From the NCBI GenBank assembly GCA_040507985.1, contig JBEVNR010000012.1:32202-96201 (forward strand): a stretch of DNA of 64,000 nt, given 5' to 3'. The position numbers and the translations under genes were made by a program. This document shows, piece after piece, positions 40,946-52,245 of this stretch. Below the pieces are notes generated by a model. That model saw nothing but the letters and a program-made list of their open reading frames with translations, searched no databases and was not told the DNA's origin. The DNA comes from Rickettsiales bacterium. Its GTDB lineage: Bacteria; Pseudomonadota; Alphaproteobacteria; Rickettsiales; UBA6187. Each line of letters begins with the position of its first letter. Within the stretch, counting starts at the first letter, position 1.

Positions 40946-42313
40946 TTACCTCACGTCCGCATAAATCGGGAACTTCGCGCAGAGGGCGCGCGTTTTTTCC
41001 CGCACCGTTCTAATCGCGTCGGATAGTGTGGCGTCGTCGCCGGTGGCTTGCGCGTCCAGCACGTCGCAAATCAGGTGGCCGACCGTTTTAAATTCTTCGA
41101 CGCCGAAGCCGCGCGAGGTGCCGGCGGGAGTGCCGAGGCGAACGCCGGAGGTGACGAACGGTTTTTCGGGGTCAAACGGAATCGCGTTTTTGTTGCAGGT
41201 GAGTCCGGCTGCCTCCAGCGCTTCTTCCGCCGCCTTCCCCGTCAATTTTTTTGGGCGCAGATCGGCCAGCACCACATGGCTGTCGGTGCCGCCGCTTACC
41301 ACGTCGACTCCGCGCGATTGCAATATCTGCGCGAGCGCCGCCGCGTTGTCGACCACTTTTTTTGCGTATTCCTTAAATTCGGGCGTGAGCGCCTCGCCGA
41401 ACGCCACGGCCTTTGCGGCGATGACGTGCATGAGCGGTCCTCCCTGCAATCCGGGGAACACCGCCGCGTTCAGCGCCTCTTCGAGCGTGACTTCTTTTCC
41501 GGAGGGCGTTTTTCGCACCACGACGCCGGGCTTTGCCGAAACGATAATGCCGCCGCGCGGACCGCGCAACGTTTTATGGGTGGTGGACGTCACGACATGC
41601 GCGTGGGGAAGCGGACTGGGATAGACGCCACCCGCGACCAACCCGGCCACGTGCGCCATGTCGACCATAAACCACGCGTCAATTTCGGCGGCAATTTCGG
41701 CGAATTTTTTCCAATCGATCACGCGCGGGTAGGCGGAGCAGCCGGCGATAATCAGTCGGGGCCTATGTTCCAGCGCCAGGCGGCGCACTTCGTCGTAATC
41801 AATGAGGGCCGTGTCTTCCTTTACGCCGTAACATACGGCATCGAACCATTTTCCGGATAGATTGACGGGCGCGCCGTGGGTTAAGTGTCCTCCGGCGGCA
41901 AGGGAAAGGCCAAGCACCGTATCGCCCGGCTTAAGCAAGGCGAGCAGCACCGCCTGATTGGCTTGCGACCCGGAGTTGGGTTGCACGTTGGCGTAGGAAC
42001 AATCAAATAATTGGCACAGGCGCTCTTGCGCGACGCGCTCGACTTTATCGACCTTCTCGCAACCGCCGTAATAGCGCTTGCCCGGATAGCCTTCCGCGTA
42101 TTTGTTGGTAAGGACGGTGCCTTGCGCCTCTAGCACCGCTTTGCTTACGATGTTTTCCGACGCAATAAGCTCTATCGTGTCTTGTTGGCGCGTCAACTCT
42201 TCTTTGACGAAGCCGAAAATCTCGGCGTCGCGACGTTGCAAGCCTTCGGAGAAAAACGGAGGAAGGCCGGCGTTGCCGGAAAAAGAGGGGGCGGCGGCGG
42301 AGGGAGCGGACAT
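40946..42313 (-). CDS. glyA: Serine hydroxymethyltransferase
   Basis: [42 protein letters not shown]. Confidence 0.98.
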   Translation of the reverse strand: MSAPSAAAPSFSGNAGLPPFFSEGLQRRDAEIFGFVKEELTRQQDTIELIASENIVSKAVLEAQGTVLTNKYAEGYPGKRYYGGCEKVDKVERVAQERLCQLFDCSYANVQPNSGSQANQAVLLALLKPGDTVLGLSLAAGGHLTHGAPVNLSGKWFDAVCYGVKEDTALIDYDEVRRLALEHRPRLIIAGCSAYPRVIDWKKFAEIAAEIDAWFMVDMAHVAGLVAGGVYPSPLPHAHVVTSTTHKTLRGPRGGIIVSAKPGVVVRKTPSGKEVTLEEALNAAVFPGLQGGPLMHVIAAKAVAFGEALTPEFKEYAKKVVDNAAALAQILQSRGVDVVSGGTDSHVVLADLRPKKLTGKAAEEALEAAGLTCNKNAIPFDPEKPFVTSGVRLGTPAGTSRGFGVEEFKTVGHLICDVLDAQATGDDATLSDAIRTVREKTRALCAKFPIYADVR

Positions 42314-42326
42314 ATGCTAAATTACC

Positions 42327-42803
42327 TTATGCAACGTTATTGTCGTCGATGAGCGCTACGCGACGGCTGTGGCGCCCTTCGTGGAAATCGGTGAGAAAAA
42401 ATCGTTCTACCATGGCAAGCGCGGCGTCGCGATGCGTAAGGCGTGCGCCCATCACCAGAATATTGGCGTCGTTATGTTGGCGCGCCAGCTTCGCCATGTC
42501 TGCGTTAAAACATAGAGCGGCGCGAATGCCGGGGAAACGGTTGGCGACGATGCTCATGCCGACGCCGCTTCCGCAGATGAGCACGCCTTTTTCCGCTCTT
42601 CCCTGCAATATGGCGTCGGCCACTTTTTTGGCAAAGACGGGATAATCGCACGAGGCGTCGGAATCGGCGCCGCAATCGATGGCGTCGGCGCCTTGGCCGA
42701 CGATAAAATCAAGCGCGGATTCCTTTAGGTCGTACCCGGCATGGTCGGACCCAACGGCGATTTTTTGCCCTTGAAACAGCACTTCTTCCGAAGAAGAGGA
42801 CAT
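42327..42803 (-). CDS. rpiB: Ribose-5-phosphate isomerase B
   Basis: GSDHAG, LICGSGVGMSIVANR, ARQHNDAN, GRHSRRV. Confidence 0.96.
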   Translation of the reverse strand: MSSSSEEVLFQGQKIAVGSDHAGYDLKESALDFIVGQGADAIDCGADSDASCDYPVFAKKVADAILQGRAEKGVLICGSGVGMSIVANRFPGIRAALCFNADMAKLARQHNDANILVMGARLTHRDAALAMVERFFLTDFHEGRHSRRVALIDDNNVA

Positions 42804-42830
42804 TATTTTCCTCGCGTCATAGACTCGCCG

Positions 42831-43448
42831 TTACGCCGCCTTGGCTTTTTCGGTCGCGGCGTTAAAATTTTTAGCGACGAATTCCCAGTTAATCAACTTA
42901 TCGTTAAAGGTGGCGATATAATCGGGGCGCTTGTTGCGGTAATCGACGTAATAGGCGTGCTCCCACACGTCGATCGTGAGCAGGGGAACGCACGCGTTGC
43001 TTTTTATGGGCGTGTCGGCGTTGCCGGTTTTAATAATTTCCAGCCTGCATTTTTCGTTGCTATAGACGAGCCACGCCCACCCGCTGCCGAATTGCGTAGC
43101 GGCGGCGTCGGCAAATTGTTTTTTAAAATTATCGAGAGAACCGAAATCCTTGGCGATTTGCGCGGCGAGCTTCGGGCAGGATGGCGCCGAAGAAGCGTTC
43201 GGCGCCATGCAATGCCAGTAGAACGTGTGGTTCCATATTTGTGCGGCATTATTGAAAATCGGTCCGTCGGACGTAGATATCACTTCTTCCAGAGGCGCGT
43301 TGGCAAGGGGAGAGTCCTTCAGCAATTCGTTTAATTTATTCACGTAGGCGGCGTGATGCTTGCCGTGGTGATATTCCAAGGTTTCGGCGCTAATATGCGG
43401 CTCAAGGGCGTTTTTGGGATATGGCAGATCGGGCAAAGCAAAGGGCAT
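42831..43448 (-). CDS. sodB: Fe superoxide dismutase
   Basis: HHGKHH, FNNAAQIWNH, FGSGWAW, DVWEHAYY. AGGAGG SD. Confidence 0.96.
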   Translation of the reverse strand: MPFALPDLPYPKNALEPHISAETLEYHHGKHHAAYVNKLNELLKDSPLANAPLEEVISTSDGPIFNNAAQIWNHTFYWHCMAPNASSAPSCPKLAAQIAKDFGSLDNFKKQFADAAATQFGSGWAWLVYSNEKCRLEIIKTGNADTPIKSNACVPLLTIDVWEHAYYVDYRNKRPDYIATFNDKLINWEFVAKNFNAATEKAKAA

Positions 43449-43768
43449 GGCGGCCTCCTGTAACTATATACTATCGCATGTAAGCCGGCACCATACCCCT
43501 TAACGCACACAGGCGCAAGCATGATTTTAAAAGCAACCGCAAAGCCGTCCCAATCGTCGGCATAAAATAGTCCCTTCCTCATGGATGAGTTATCGTCAAG
43601 TTTTTTTACCGTTTCTATGTCGCCCCCTCCGACGACCATGCAGCGCCCCCCCGCGTTTTGCGGCTTATCGTCTTTAACATTCATTTTTTCTTTTTTTAAG
43701 AATTCGACGTTTCGTCTATTCGGTCTGCTTCGCGTCTGTTGGCAAACGACGCTGCGATAGGTGCAGGC

Positions 43769-44116
43769 TTAGGAAGAAGCGGCAGGTTCAACGGAAATAG
43801 CATTGGGCTCCATTCCCTGTTGTTTAGAAATAACGGCGAAAATTTCCTTCGTAAATTTTACGTGCAACGAAATAAAATGCTGTTGCTCATTAACCTTACC
43901 CGAGTTGGTGACTTTAATCGGTCTTTTCAAGGGAGTAGAGGTACAGGTGCAGGTCACGTCACTGACGTTATGCTGGCCGCAAGCAAATTTCGCGTTATCG
44001 AAATCGCAACTACAGACATATTGCACGTCGTCATCCTGACGGTTGCAGTCTTCTACGTCGCACTCAATGACGACCTTCCACTTTCCGTTAGCGTCTTTTT
44101 CCGTTCGGTAGGGCAT
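43769..44116 (-). CDS. Orphan Cys-rich protein, putative double-zinc finger (115 aa)
   Basis: ATG-started ORF in a less GC-rich gap; pattern C-x4-C-x10-C-x-C-x8-C-x2-H-x6-C-x-C. Confidence 0.55.
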   Translation of the reverse strand: MPYRTEKDANGKWKVVIECDVEDCNRQDDDVQYVCSCDFDNAKFACGQHNVSDVTCTCTSTPLKRPIKVTNSGKVNEQQHFISLHVKFTKEIFAVISKQQGMEPNAISVEPAASS

Positions 44117-44236
44117 GGCGAAAGAATCGTTCTAAAAGAATAACGATAGAGGTGGCTGAGTTTCTTGTGCCGAAAATTGAGTATACGAAAATTTAGTCTA
44201 ACCATACGCGTTTTTTGCGCAGGCACAACGCAATTT

Positions 44237-45409
44237 TCATTGCGCGCCGATATGCCTTGCATAATCGTCATAGGAAAAATTGCGAACGACGCGAAAATCG
44301 TCTCCGCCTTCCCATAAGACGAGCGACGGCAACGGCACGCCGTTGAAGTAATTATATTTTACGGCGGCATATTGCATCAAATCGCCGAAAAGGAGCGTTT
44401 GTCCGATTTTCAAGGGTTCATGAAAACGATATCGGCCGATGACGTCGCCGCTCATGCAGGTATTGCCGCCCAGAAGATAATCATATTCCGTAAAGGGAGC
44501 GTCCGCCTCGTCGACCATTTCCGCGCCGACGAGCGGGGGAGTATAGGGAACCTCCAGCACGTCCGGCATGTGGGCGCTGGCCGATACGTTCAGCATGGCG
44601 GTGCGAACGCCGGCGTTGTCGACGATATCGAGAACGGTTGCCGACAAATATCCCGAGTTCAGCACGTGCGCGGCGCCCGGCTCTAAAATGGCTTGCACAT
44701 TATGTTGCTGTTGAAAATGCCGCAATTCTTCGATAAAGATATCGGCGTTAAAATTTTCGTGGGAGTAAAAATGTCCGCCGCCGAAATTCACTTCGCTCAC
44801 GCATTCCAATTCTTTGGCGAATGTGGCGGAGATATGACGCATGAGGGCCACGCCGTCCTCCGCCATGTTTTCGCATAAATTATGGAAGTGCAGGGCGTCC
44901 AGCTTCGCCAACATTTCGGGAGTAACGTCCGCCTGGCGCGCTCCGAATCGGCATCCGGGAGAGGACGGATCGTATAGCGGGTTCTTCGCTTGCGACAAGC
45001 CGGCGTTGACGCGCAAAGCCAATTTGACGCTTGGCTTGATTCGCTTCGCCATATCGCCGAAGCGGAGGAGCTGGGAGACGGAGTTAAAATACAGATGGTC
45101 GGCATATTCCAAAATAGCGGGAACGTCCGCCTCCGCATAAGCGGGGCTATAGCAATGCACCTCCTTGCCGAAATAGGTTTTGCCTAGCCTCGCTTCGTAC
45201 GCGCCGCTCGCGGTCGTGCCGTCCAGCGCGTCTATCATGTAGGGAAACGCCGCCGTCAACGAAAACGCTTTCGTCGCCAACAACATGCGCGCGCCGGATT
45301 CGCGCTTAATGCGCTCCGCTTTGCGCATGTTTTCCTTAATGCGCCGTATGTCGACAATATAGGCCGGCGCGGGAATATGGTGCCGGGGAAATTCTTCCGC
45401 AGGACGCAT
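44237..45409 (-). CDS. nspC: Carboxy(nor)spermidine decarboxylase
   Basis: LLATKAFS, TTASGAYEARLG, HFHNLCE, NFGGGH, HMPDVLEVPY, CMSGDVIG, FNGVPLP. Confidence 0.93.
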   Translation of the reverse strand: MRPAEEFPRHHIPAPAYIVDIRRIKENMRKAERIKRESGARMLLATKAFSLTAAFPYMIDALDGTTASGAYEARLGKTYFGKEVHCYSPAYAEADVPAILEYADHLYFNSVSQLLRFGDMAKRIKPSVKLALRVNAGLSQAKNPLYDPSSPGCRFGARQADVTPEMLAKLDALHFHNLCENMAEDGVALMRHISATFAKELECVSEVNFGGGHFYSHENFNADIFIEELRHFQQQHNVQAILEPGAAHVLNSGYLSATVLDIVDNAGVRTAMLNVSASAHMPDVLEVPYTPPLVGAEMVDEADAPFTEYDYLLGGNTCMSGDVIGRYRFHEPLKIGQTLLFGDLMQYAAVKYNYFNGVPLPSLVLWEGGDDFRVVRNFSYDDYARHIGAQ

Positions 45410-45413
45410 GGGG

Positions 45414-46625
45414 CTATGTATGCTCTCCCAATCCGCACGGCAAGGATTTCACGTGCCAAGGCAAGCCTTGCCTGGCCACTTCTTCCATAAACGGATCGGG
45501 ATCTAACTGCTCGACGTTAAATACGCCGGGCGTTTTCCCCCAGACGCCTTGCGCCATCAAGATGGCGGCGGTGGCGGCGGGAACGCCGGTAGTGTACGAT
45601 ACGGCTTGAGCCCCCACTTCCTTATGGGTGCGCGCATGGTCGCACACGTTATAAATCAGGACGGTTTTTTCCTTGCCGTCTTTCTCGCCGGTAAGGATCG
45701 TGCCGATCGACGTTTTTCCGGTATAGTTTTCGGACAAATCGGACGGGGCGGGCAATAACGTCTTTAAAAATTCAAGGGGAATAATATCGACGCCGTGATG
45801 CGACACGGGATCGATGCGGGTCATGCCGATATTTTGCAGTACCTCTAAATGCTTAATGTAATTGTCGGAAAACGTCATCCAGAAGCGAATTCGCTCCAGT
45901 CCCTTAATGTTCAGAACGAGCGATTCCAATTCCTCATGGTACAGCAAATAGGCTTTTTTCTCTCCGACGTCGGGAAAATCGATCATTTTTCCGAATTGAA
46001 GCGGAGCGGTTTCCAGCCATGTTCCGCGCTCCCAATATTTTCCGCGTTGCGTGACTTCGCGAATATTGATCTCGGGGTTAAAGTTGGTGGCGAACGCCTT
46101 GCCATGATCGCCGGCGTTACAATCGACGATATCGATTTCTCGAATGGAATCAAACAGATTTTTTTGGGCATAGGCACAGTAAATATTCGTTTGCCCCGGA
46201 TCGAAGCCGCAACCAAGGATCGCCGTTAGCCCCGCCTTCTCAAATTTTTCCTTATACGCCCATTGCCAGCGATACTCGAACTTCGCTACATCGCGCGGCT
46301 CATAATTGGCCGTGTCCATATAATGTGCGCCGGCCTGCAAGCATGCGTCCATAATCGCCAGGTCCTGATAGGGCAACGCCATGTTAATGACGAGGTTGGC
46401 GCGCGTTTCGCGAATAAGCGCAGCGGTGGCGGCCACGTCGTCGGCGTCAATCTGCGAGATGCCTATCTCTACGCCGAGGCGTTCGCGACACCATCGCTGC
46501 GTTGCTTGGCATTTAGAAAGCGTACGGCTGGCTACATGAATGCCGGAAAAGCGCTTGGCGTTCATCGCGCATTTTTTTGCCACGACGCTACCGGCCGCGC
46601 CTGCGCCAATAATTAAGAGGTTCAC
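45414..46625 (-). CDS. Carboxy(nor)spermidine dehydrogenase (saccharopine dehydrogenase family)
   Basis: GAGAAG, ALPYQDL, DTANYE, GCGFDPG, FATNFNPEINIRE, HEELESL. Paired with nspC. Confidence 0.93.
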   Translation of the reverse strand: MNLLIIGAGAAGSVVAKKCAMNAKRFSGIHVASRTLSKCQATQRWCRERLGVEIGISQIDADDVAATAALIRETRANLVINMALPYQDLAIMDACLQAGAHYMDTANYEPRDVAKFEYRWQWAYKEKFEKAGLTAILGCGFDPGQTNIYCAYAQKNLFDSIREIDIVDCNAGDHGKAFATNFNPEINIREVTQRGKYWERGTWLETAPLQFGKMIDFPDVGEKKAYLLYHEELESLVLNIKGLERIRFWMTFSDNYIKHLEVLQNIGMTRIDPVSHHGVDIIPLEFLKTLLPAPSDLSENYTGKTSIGTILTGEKDGKEKTVLIYNVCDHARTHKEVGAQAVSYTTGVPAATAAILMAQGVWGKTPGVFNVEQLDPDPFMEEVARQGLPWHVKSLPCGLGEHT

Positions 46626-46679
46626 TTTCTTATTTTCTGCCCGCGCTTAAAGGAATCACGATATAACTTCGCTTTATGG

Positions 46680-47009
46680 CTAGGCCGCCGTTTCGACGTA
46701 GCTTTCCAGCCATTGCAAAATGGCGCTCTTTGGCAACGCGCCCACTTTCGTTGCGGCGGGGGCGCCGTTTTTGAATAAAATCAGGGTAGGAATGCCGCGC
46801 ACGTTATATTTCGTGGGAACGTCCGGATTTTCGTCGATGTTGATTTTTACGACTTTAAGCGTTCCTTCCAAATCCGTCGCTATTTCGTCGACGACGGGCG
46901 ACAATTGACGGCACGGTCCGCACCATTCCGCCCAAAAGTCAACCAGCACCGGTAGCGCGCTTTTCAACACGTCTTTGTCAAAAGAAGAATCCGTTACGTT
47001 ATTGGCCAT
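46680..47009 (-). CDS. trxA: Thioredoxin
   Basis: VDFWAEWCGPC, VRGIPTL. Confidence 0.97.
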   Translation of the reverse strand: MANNVTDSSFDKDVLKSALPVLVDFWAEWCGPCRQLSPVVDEIATDLEGTLKVVKINIDENPDVPTKYNVRGIPTLILFKNGAPAATKVGALPKSAILQWLESYVETAA

Positions 47010-47261
47010 GGGCGCCACCTAAATTATTAACGTTAAAAAATCGCAAAAATCTTCCGCTTGCCGATGCGAATCGTGAGGCTGAAAAGCATTGGCAGCGTGC
47101 GCGACCAATTGGCGCGTGTTATTGCCACCCGCAACTATATCGCGCGGAAGGTATGATTGCAATAAAATTTCCTATGTCCTTGAAATTGTTTTATAGCGTC
47201 GACCGAAATGTTTGTCGGGAAACGCGATTTCATCCGGACAATGCATTCATTCTTCGTTAGG

Positions 47262-47705
47262 ATGCGAAAAACGTTATGGTTAACGGAGAGCGTCTTGCCG
47301 GCATTTCGAATCGCCATCGTGGCCGCGTCGTTTCATGCGCGGGAAACCGACGCCATGATCGCCGAAGTTCGCCGCGTATGCGCGCAAAACGGCGCGTCGG
47401 AAGCCATGTGCGTTCTCACGCCGGGAGCCATGGAAATGCCGCTGGCGCTGAAGCGCGCGCTTCGCCGGTCCGACGTCGACGCCGCCGTGGCGCTCGGCAT
47501 TATAGAAAAAGGCGAAACCTTGCACGGCGCCGTTATGGGAGAGGCGGTGATACGCGCCGTCATCGGGTTGCAGCTCGAATACATGAAGCCGATCGGTACG
47601 GGAATACTAGGGCCGGGAATTTCTGCGGACCAAGTGCAAGCGCGCGTCGTTCCGTATGCGCGCGCTGCGGCGGAAGCCGCGATTCACATGCTCCATCACA
47701 CATAA
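47262..47705 (+). CDS. ribH: 6,7-dimethyl-8-ribityllumazine synthase
   Basis: IAIVAASF, PGAMEMPL, VALGIIEKGETLH. Start uncertain. Confidence 0.88.
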   Translation: MRKTLWLTESVLPAFRIAIVAASFHARETDAMIAEVRRVCAQNGASEAMCVLTPGAMEMPLALKRALRRSDVDAAVALGIIEKGETLHGAVMGEAVIRAVIGLQLEYMKPIGTGILGPGISADQVQARVVPYARAAAEAAIHMLHHT

Positions 47706-47725
47706 TTTACAAGGAGCTATCTAGT

Positions 47726-49033
47726 ATGCGAATTGCGATTTTCGGAGCGGGGTATGTCGGCTTGACGTCCGCCGCCTGTTTTGCCCATATCGGCCACCGC
47801 GTTTCCTTGATCGACGCGAGCGTCGAACGTATGGCCGCGCTGCGGCGAGGGGAAACGCCGATTTACGAAGAAGACTTAAGCGATTTGCTGCGCAGTCCGA
47901 ACGTTTCCTTTGCGCGCGACGCCCGGGAAGCCCTGAGGGAGGCCGACGTCGCGCTCATTGCCGTCGGCACCCCGCACGACCCGGAGAGTGGCGCGACCGA
48001 CATGCGACAGGTGTTTGCGGTTGCCGAAGAAATGGCCGCCCTGCTCACCCATCGCGTGACGGTGGTAACGAAATCGACGGTGCCGGTCGGCACGGCGAAA
48101 AAATTGCAGGCGTTTTTTGACGGGCGCCGCCCGGACTTGCGCATCGACTGTGCGTCGAATCCGGAGTTTTTGCGGGAAGGAAGGGCGATCAAAGATTTCC
48201 TTGAACCGGATCGCATCGTCGTGGGAGCGGAGTCCCCGAAAGCGAAGGAGGACTGCCTGAACCTTTATAAGCCGATAACGGATAAGGGCTACCCGATCTA
48301 TTGTTACGGCGCCGCGTCGGCGGAGGCGGTGAAATACGCATCCAACGGTTTTCTTGCGATCAAAATCGCTTACGTGAACGAAATCGCCGATTTTTGCGAG
48401 CGCACCGGGGCCGACGTCGACGAGGTGGCGGAAGGCATGGGCGCCGACCTGCGCATCGGCAGGCAATTTTTACGGCCCGGTCCGGGCTATGGCGGCTCGT
48501 GCTTTCCTAAGGACACGCGTTCGCTGAAAGCGCAGGCGCAACGCGCGGGCGCGGAGGCGCGCCTGATCGAGGCGGCCATCTCCTCAAACGAGCGCCGACC
48601 GGCGGCCCTTCTATGTCGGGCAAAAGACAAACTGGCCGGAGGCGATTGGAAAGGCAAGCGCATAGGCATGCTTGGCGCGGCGTTTAAGGGAGAAACCGAC
48701 GACGTGCGCGAAAGCCCGGCCCTCGCTCTGGCGCGCATATTGTGCGAAGAGGGGGCACACGTGGCGATCTATGATCCGCAAGCGCTGAAAGGCGCGAAGA
48801 ATGCGTTGGCCGGTCATGCGTCCGTCGTGTATGCGGCCGATTGGCAAGAGGCGGCGAAAGGCGCCGATATCGTCGTGATTGCCACCGAATGGAAGGAATT
48901 TTCGCGCATCAACCTTAAGGATCTGGCCGCCCTCACGCAACCGGACGCCGCGTTGTTCGACGCGCGCGGCATGATCGACGGCGAAAGCGCCGCCAAGGCC
49001 GGATTGCGCTATGTGCGGGTAGGAAAAAGCTAG
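47726..49033 (+). CDS. ugd: UDP-glucose 6-dehydrogenase
   Basis: GAGYVGL, AVGTP, KSTVPVGT, NPEFLREG, GYGGSCFPKD, DDVRESP. ATG 47726 after AAGGAG. Confidence 0.95.
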   Translation: MRIAIFGAGYVGLTSAACFAHIGHRVSLIDASVERMAALRRGETPIYEEDLSDLLRSPNVSFARDAREALREADVALIAVGTPHDPESGATDMRQVFAVAEEMAALLTHRVTVVTKSTVPVGTAKKLQAFFDGRRPDLRIDCASNPEFLREGRAIKDFLEPDRIVVGAESPKAKEDCLNLYKPITDKGYPIYCYGAASAEAVKYASNGFLAIKIAYVNEIADFCERTGADVDEVAEGMGADLRIGRQFLRPGPGYGGSCFPKDTRSLKAQAQRAGAEARLIEAAISSNERRPAALLCRAKDKLAGGDWKGKRIGMLGAAFKGETDDVRESPALALARILCEEGAHVAIYDPQALKGAKNALAGHASVVYAADWQEAAKGADIVVIATEWKEFSRINLKDLAALTQPDAALFDARGMIDGESAAKAGLRYVRVGKS

Positions 49034-49193
49034 CTTCCGTAATTGAAAAATGATGCTTTTTCCTGCTTTTCTCATTCAAATTACTTGAAACTTATAAACT
49101 TAAGCCTTATAGCTACTCCCTTACGGGCGCAACGCACTAAGGGTTGCGAACATCTATTATACGTTAAAGCAAAAATTTACGCGGGAAGACGCT

Positions 49194-49979
49194 ATGTTTG
49201 CAAAACCAATCATCATCGCAAACTGGAAAATGAACTGCTCGTTGGTGGAAGGCGTACGCCTTATGGGCGAAATTCGCGCGCACGTACAAAAAAACAAACT
49301 TATTTCTACCTGCGTCGTTTGTCCTCCCTTTACCTTGCTACGGGACTTCGCCGACGTCGTTCCCGGCACGTCCCTAAAATTAGGCGCCCAAAATTGCCAT
49401 TTCGAGACGGAAGGCGCCTATACCGGCGAAATCAGCCCGACCATGATAAAGGAAATGGGATGCAATTTCGTCATCGTTGGCCATTCCGAGCGCCGCATGT
49501 ATTTCAACGAAGGCAGCGAAGCGGTGCTGAAAAAAACCGTGGCCGCGCAAAAGGCCGGCCTGACCGCCGTGGTATGCGTCGGCGAAACGCTGTTCGAGCG
49601 CAGGAACTCCATGGCGCGCGAAGCCGTCGCCCAGCAAATTGATTACTCGATTCCCGAAGGCTCCGCTCCGTCGAACCTTATCGTGGCTTATGAGCCGGTA
49701 TGGTCCATCGGCAGCGACCAACTTCCGACGCTGCAAGAAATTCACGACATGCACGCCTTCATTCGCGAGCGCGTCATGCGTAAGCTGCGCGGCGCAAGCG
49801 GCGATGCTGCGGTCGTTTACGGCGGGTCCGTAAACGTCGAAAACGCCGGAGAAATTTTAGCGTGTCCGCACGTGGACGGGCTGTTGCTCGGGCGAGCTTC
49901 CATAAACGCAAAATCGTTCTTAAAAATACTTGCCATTTCCGACATTCAGGCCAATAATATGGTTTTGGTAAGTAAATAA
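49194..49979 (+). CDS. tpiA: Triosephosphate isomerase
   Basis: ANWKMN, GAYTGEIS, GHSERR, AYEPVW, YGGSV. Confidence 0.95.
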   Translation: MFAKPIIIANWKMNCSLVEGVRLMGEIRAHVQKNKLISTCVVCPPFTLLRDFADVVPGTSLKLGAQNCHFETEGAYTGEISPTMIKEMGCNFVIVGHSERRMYFNEGSEAVLKKTVAAQKAGLTAVVCVGETLFERRNSMAREAVAQQIDYSIPEGSAPSNLIVAYEPVWSIGSDQLPTLQEIHDMHAFIRERVMRKLRGASGDAAVVYGGSVNVENAGEILACPHVDGLLLGRASINAKSFLKILAISDIQANNMVLVSK

Positions 49980-49994
49980 AAAATTAACGCCCTC

Positions 49995-52213
<2,219 letters not shown>

Positions 52214-52245
52214 CCGGAAAAGAAGCTCGTTCGCCGTTAGCTCCG

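Noticed and set aside
47276-47725. 585-aa ORF suggesting an N-terminally extended Ugd
   Set aside because: The extension is an off-frame shadow of ribH; the real ugd start at 47726 has an SD and the Rossmann motif begins there.
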